Assembly (NCBI GenBank): GCA_030295235.1
Contig: AP026130.1
Location: forward strand, 1,116,001 to 1,180,000
Origin: Fistulifera solaris
Taxonomy: Eukaryota
DNA: 64,000 nt
Direction: 5' to 3'
Shown: positions 60,735 to 64,000 of the stretch, one piece after another
Numbering within the stretch: position 1 is the stretch's first letter
Layout: each line of letters begins with the position of its first letter
Notes under the pieces: generated by a model
Seen by the model: the letters and a program-made list of their open reading frames with translations, nothing else
What the model was told of the DNA's origin: nothing
The model's database searches: none
Program-made: the position numbers and the translations under genes

Positions 60735-62300
60735 ATGAGACAGTCTTGGTCAGAACAGCAGTCTTATTACGACGATCAAGATGGTCTTCATCGAACCGAT
60801 GGCGGACTAGGACATCCTCCGTCGCCTTTTTCGGACATTCCCTCGCACATGAGCCAAGAGTTTGACCCAGCGTCCTATGATCCCTATATGATGACTTCAA
60901 CGAGCGGTCGGCCTTTGCGCAGTAGACGAAGCATGTTGTTGGCAGTCGGTGGAATCCTTCTTGTCGCCATTGTGATTATTATCGGCGTCAGCGCAGCTGG
61001 ACACGGACCAGGGGCACTCGCTCCTTTGAAAAGACATCACGAGAAGTCGGGTATGGAGGATCCAGATCAACCGGTTTATGGAACAACAAAGAATGGCCCA
61101 AAACCTCCCAAGGTAGAAGTTACGACGGAGGTCGTCAATGATAACCGTGACGAATTCGGAACGACGCTTGTTTCTCTCTACGACAAGTACGACTTGGATT
61201 GGGCTACTCTTTCCGATGCTGAATCCCCTCAAAGCAAATCGCTACTTTCTGTGACTGGTGCAGCGGCATACGAAGGTATGGCGACCGCCAAGAAGGTTCA
61301 GCGATACGCTCTAGGTGTTTTCTACTATTCGACTTTCATGCGCGCACATGCCGAGTGGACCGACCCTACCGATTGGGTGTCTTCTCATGGCTGGTTGACC
61401 TCTGCCGATGAGTGCGAATGGGAGGGTATTGTTTGCGATAGTGCAACTGGAAAAGTTACCGGTATCCTGCTGTCCAAACATGCACTCTCTGGTTATCTTC
61501 CTCTCGAGCTTGCTCTCTTGGACCAATTGCAAGAGCTCGATCTCGCAAGTAACTTTATTCATATGACTGAAAGTGAGCACCATGGACTCCGTGTCTTTGG
61601 CATGCTGCCGAAGCTTGTCAAACTTCAAATGGACGACAACTACGTCATGACGGAAGGAACTGGACTCCCTTCTAGCTTTTCGAAATTGACTAATCTGGAG
61701 CGTCTGTCTATGTCTTACAATCTTCTGCAGGGAAACATTGATGGTGCTGTCGTGTCTCAGATGCAAAAGTTGACTCATTTAGAGATTGAATCGAACTATC
61801 TTTCGGGAGAAATCCCCGTCGAGCTTGGCCAGCTTCCCAATCTTTTCTACCTTTACTTGCGCCGCAACGCACTCACGATCGACCTGACTGAACTTTTTGT
61901 GAATCAGGTCGGATCTTACAAGGAGATCTTCTCTCTCTGGCTTGATGACAACATCATAACTGGTACTATTCCACCGGCCATCGGTCGCTTGACCGGACTA
62001 GCAAGTTTAAGCATTACGAACACCACACTTGGGGGTTCTATCCCTTCCGAGATCGGTAACCTCTTTGACTTGCAAAGGCTCTGGCTTTATTCGAATGATC
62101 TTACAGGCAAGCTTCCTGATACATTTTCAAGCTTGGTGAACCTGCAAGTCCTCGAGATCTATAACAATGAAATTACGGGAAAAGTACCAGAAGCAGTCTG
62201 CAATGCCGTTCAAAACGCCGATTACGATTTCCGTTCCATGATGGTGGACTGCAGCATGATCGAGTGCCCCGTCGGTACCTGCTGTACAGAGTGTTATTAA
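60735..62300 (+). CDS. Type II membrane leucine-rich-repeat protein (plant-type LRRs, no kinase domain)
   Basis: N-terminal TM segment, QRYALGVFYYST...WLTSADECEWEGIVC cap, LxxLxLxxNxLxGxIPxxLG repeats, and a Cys-rich CCTECY end. Confidence 0.9.
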   Translation: MRQSWSEQQSYYDDQDGLHRTDGGLGHPPSPFSDIPSHMSQEFDPASYDPYMMTSTSGRPLRSRRSMLLAVGGILLVAIVIIIGVSAAGHGPGALAPLKRHHEKSGMEDPDQPVYGTTKNGPKPPKVEVTTEVVNDNRDEFGTTLVSLYDKYDLDWATLSDAESPQSKSLLSVTGAAAYEGMATAKKVQRYALGVFYYSTFMRAHAEWTDPTDWVSSHGWLTSADECEWEGIVCDSATGKVTGILLSKHALSGYLPLELALLDQLQELDLASNFIHMTESEHHGLRVFGMLPKLVKLQMDDNYVMTEGTGLPSSFSKLTNLERLSMSYNLLQGNIDGAVVSQMQKLTHLEIESNYLSGEIPVELGQLPNLFYLYLRRNALTIDLTELFVNQVGSYKEIFSLWLDDNIITGTIPPAIGRLTGLASLSITNTTLGGSIPSEIGNLFDLQRLWLYSNDLTGKLPDTFSSLVNLQVLEIYNNEITGKVPEAVCNAVQNADYDFRSMMVDCSMIECPVGTCCTECY

Positions 62301-62455
62301 GCTGGCTCTGTTTTGCAATTGATTTACATGAAAGTTATGTACTTATGAACGATAAACTAAACATTATGAAACAACTGCTGCTTTGTTAGCTAGCATGCAC
62401 AGCTGCTTCTTTTTTGCGGGCTAAGAAGCGACTTTTTCTAACAGGGAAGCAAGTT

Positions 62456-63784
62456 TTACAGCCATGACGCATCTGGTACTGCTTCCTCTGGTGGAATCTC
62501 ACCACGCCGCTGACTCTGTCCTCCCTTTTGACGCCGAACAATAGGATACAAAATGTCCTTTGCAAATCGTTGTAAAATATACCCGGAAAGGCCCCAAACA
62601 ACATCCGGACCACCCGTAAAAATAGGGGCAAATCCATCGCGATGGATCCACAAAGATCGATCTAATAAATTTGAAAGAGGCACAGTGAATACCTGCGCTA
62701 CTTCCTCTGCATTCGGCAACAAATGCTCGGGCAACTCACCCCAATAGCATACCACGGGAGTAACCTTTAGGTACCAATGAGGTGTGAGAATCACCTTTTC
62801 ACACGTTGTAGTGTAGTATGGTTAATATAAAAAATAAGCACTCACCGCAATGTTCACAAGATGTTGTATATCGCCCCAGTTACACCGTAAAACGCCCAAT
62901 ACATCCACAGGTTCATCCGGCAATCCATTGATTTCTTCTTTCATCTCCCGCAGGCACGTACTCACAATACTCGGATCTTGGACATCACACACCATTCCAC
63001 CCGGTAGAGCGACTTCATCGGGATACGATCGTAAATGCGACGCCCGTTTCTCTAATAGAATACAAGGAACACCATCAACTGTACATAGCGCAATAACAAC
63101 ACCTGCTCGTTTGTCATGCGCTTGTGTAACAGTACGCGGCATTCGCATGAGCGCCTTCCTTATCAACTCCAAGTTGTTCCGATGCAGCGATTGGGTAAGG
63201 TCGAGAATCGGCGGTGCTGGTGCCCCTTTGGATGGCGTTTTCGGTCCATATCTTCGCTCGAGAACATACCTCGGATGATAGACGCGTAAAAAGTCACGCA
63301 AAGCATCCCACTTTTCTTCTTCGCAAAGCATAGCGGCGTATTGAAGGGCATCTTCTCTATCACGGAGCGCCGAAGCAATCGCCTTGACGGTATAGTTTTC
63401 ACACAAAATGAGCATATCCGTAGCGGGATCGGCATGTAGCACCCCCAACCGTTGTTGCGGCATACTTCCTTGCAATTCCTGAGCCTCCATTCGTTTAAAC
63501 AGTCGCGGCAGCTCGTCGCCGTCCATATTGACATTATCAACAACTCGTTCCTTCCAAAACTCGTAATTTCTTTCTTCCGTAGAAGGATGCAACAGTTGAT
63601 CCGGCCAGACTCCTTTCCATAATCTTTGCGCGGTGGGAGTAGTGTTAGAAACTCCCGGAGATTCGTCGAGAGGGTGTGGAGTGTAACTGTTCGAAGAAAA
63701 ACACCGGACGACGATTCTTGCGACATTTCGTTCCGGCAAAGCAAGTCGCCTCATCGCGTGCGAACGTCGCATGAAGGGCATCAT
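62456..63784 (-). CDS. Nudix hydrolase, CoA pyrophosphatase type (NUDT7/NUDT8-like), with N-terminal extension; intron 62765-62845
   Basis: ILLEKRASHLRSYPDEVALPGG, CLREMKEEI, spliced IA/VTPVV, PNAEEVAQVFTVPL, VWGLSGYIL. Mitochondrial-like presequence. Confidence 0.88.
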
Positions 63785-64000
63785 GGTGTCTCAAGCTATA
63801 TAATTGTGTTTTTATCTTGTTCCTGAAGAACGAATCTCTATACAATGTATTCGTACCTGGTATGACAAACAACAACGCAGCAGCAATAACAACAAAAAGC
63901 GCGACGAGCACAATAAAACGCTGTAAAAGAAGCCGTTGCGAAAAGACACGTCGATGACGTCATCAACCATAATGTCGATACTCATGACAGAAATACGGAC

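Noticed and set aside
1..64000. tRNA, rRNA or snRNA genes
   Set aside because: No recognisable cloverleaf, T-loop in a tRNA context or snRNA signature by eye. tRNAscan-SE/Infernal would be needed to exclude them.

Overview
Gene-dense eukaryotic nuclear DNA. Short GT-AG introns (60-95 nt), bipartite plastid-targeting N-termini (SSAF/AHAF), an arginase with a likely mitochondrial presequence and diatom-type gene families point to a pennate diatom (inference). About 35 protein genes. Recognisable ones: alpha-SNAP, USP14/Ubp6, cyclophilin, DEAH helicase, PPR protein, arginase, DUF1995, SARNP/Tho1, PKDCC-like kinase, EME1-like, SLC10A7-like, quinolinate synthase, two Nudix hydrolases, 14-3-3, MOSC, SET, tandem HVA22/REEP and an LRR protein. 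About 20 single-base frameshifts, mostly at homopolymer runs, split otherwise intact genes and are most likely consensus errors. Most notable: (1) a dispersed 33-34 bp minisatellite family at four loci, each about 90-180 bp upstream of a start codon in the same relative orientation, with partly shared termini; (2) a three-exon gene missed by the ORF track that encodes a stand-alone tandem KIX-like protein with the same intron position in both repeats; (3) a head-to-head pair of distant paralogous coiled-coil genes; (4) three adjacent disordered-protein genes sharing C-terminal motifs. I recognised no rRNA, tRNA, CRISPR array or intact transposase.
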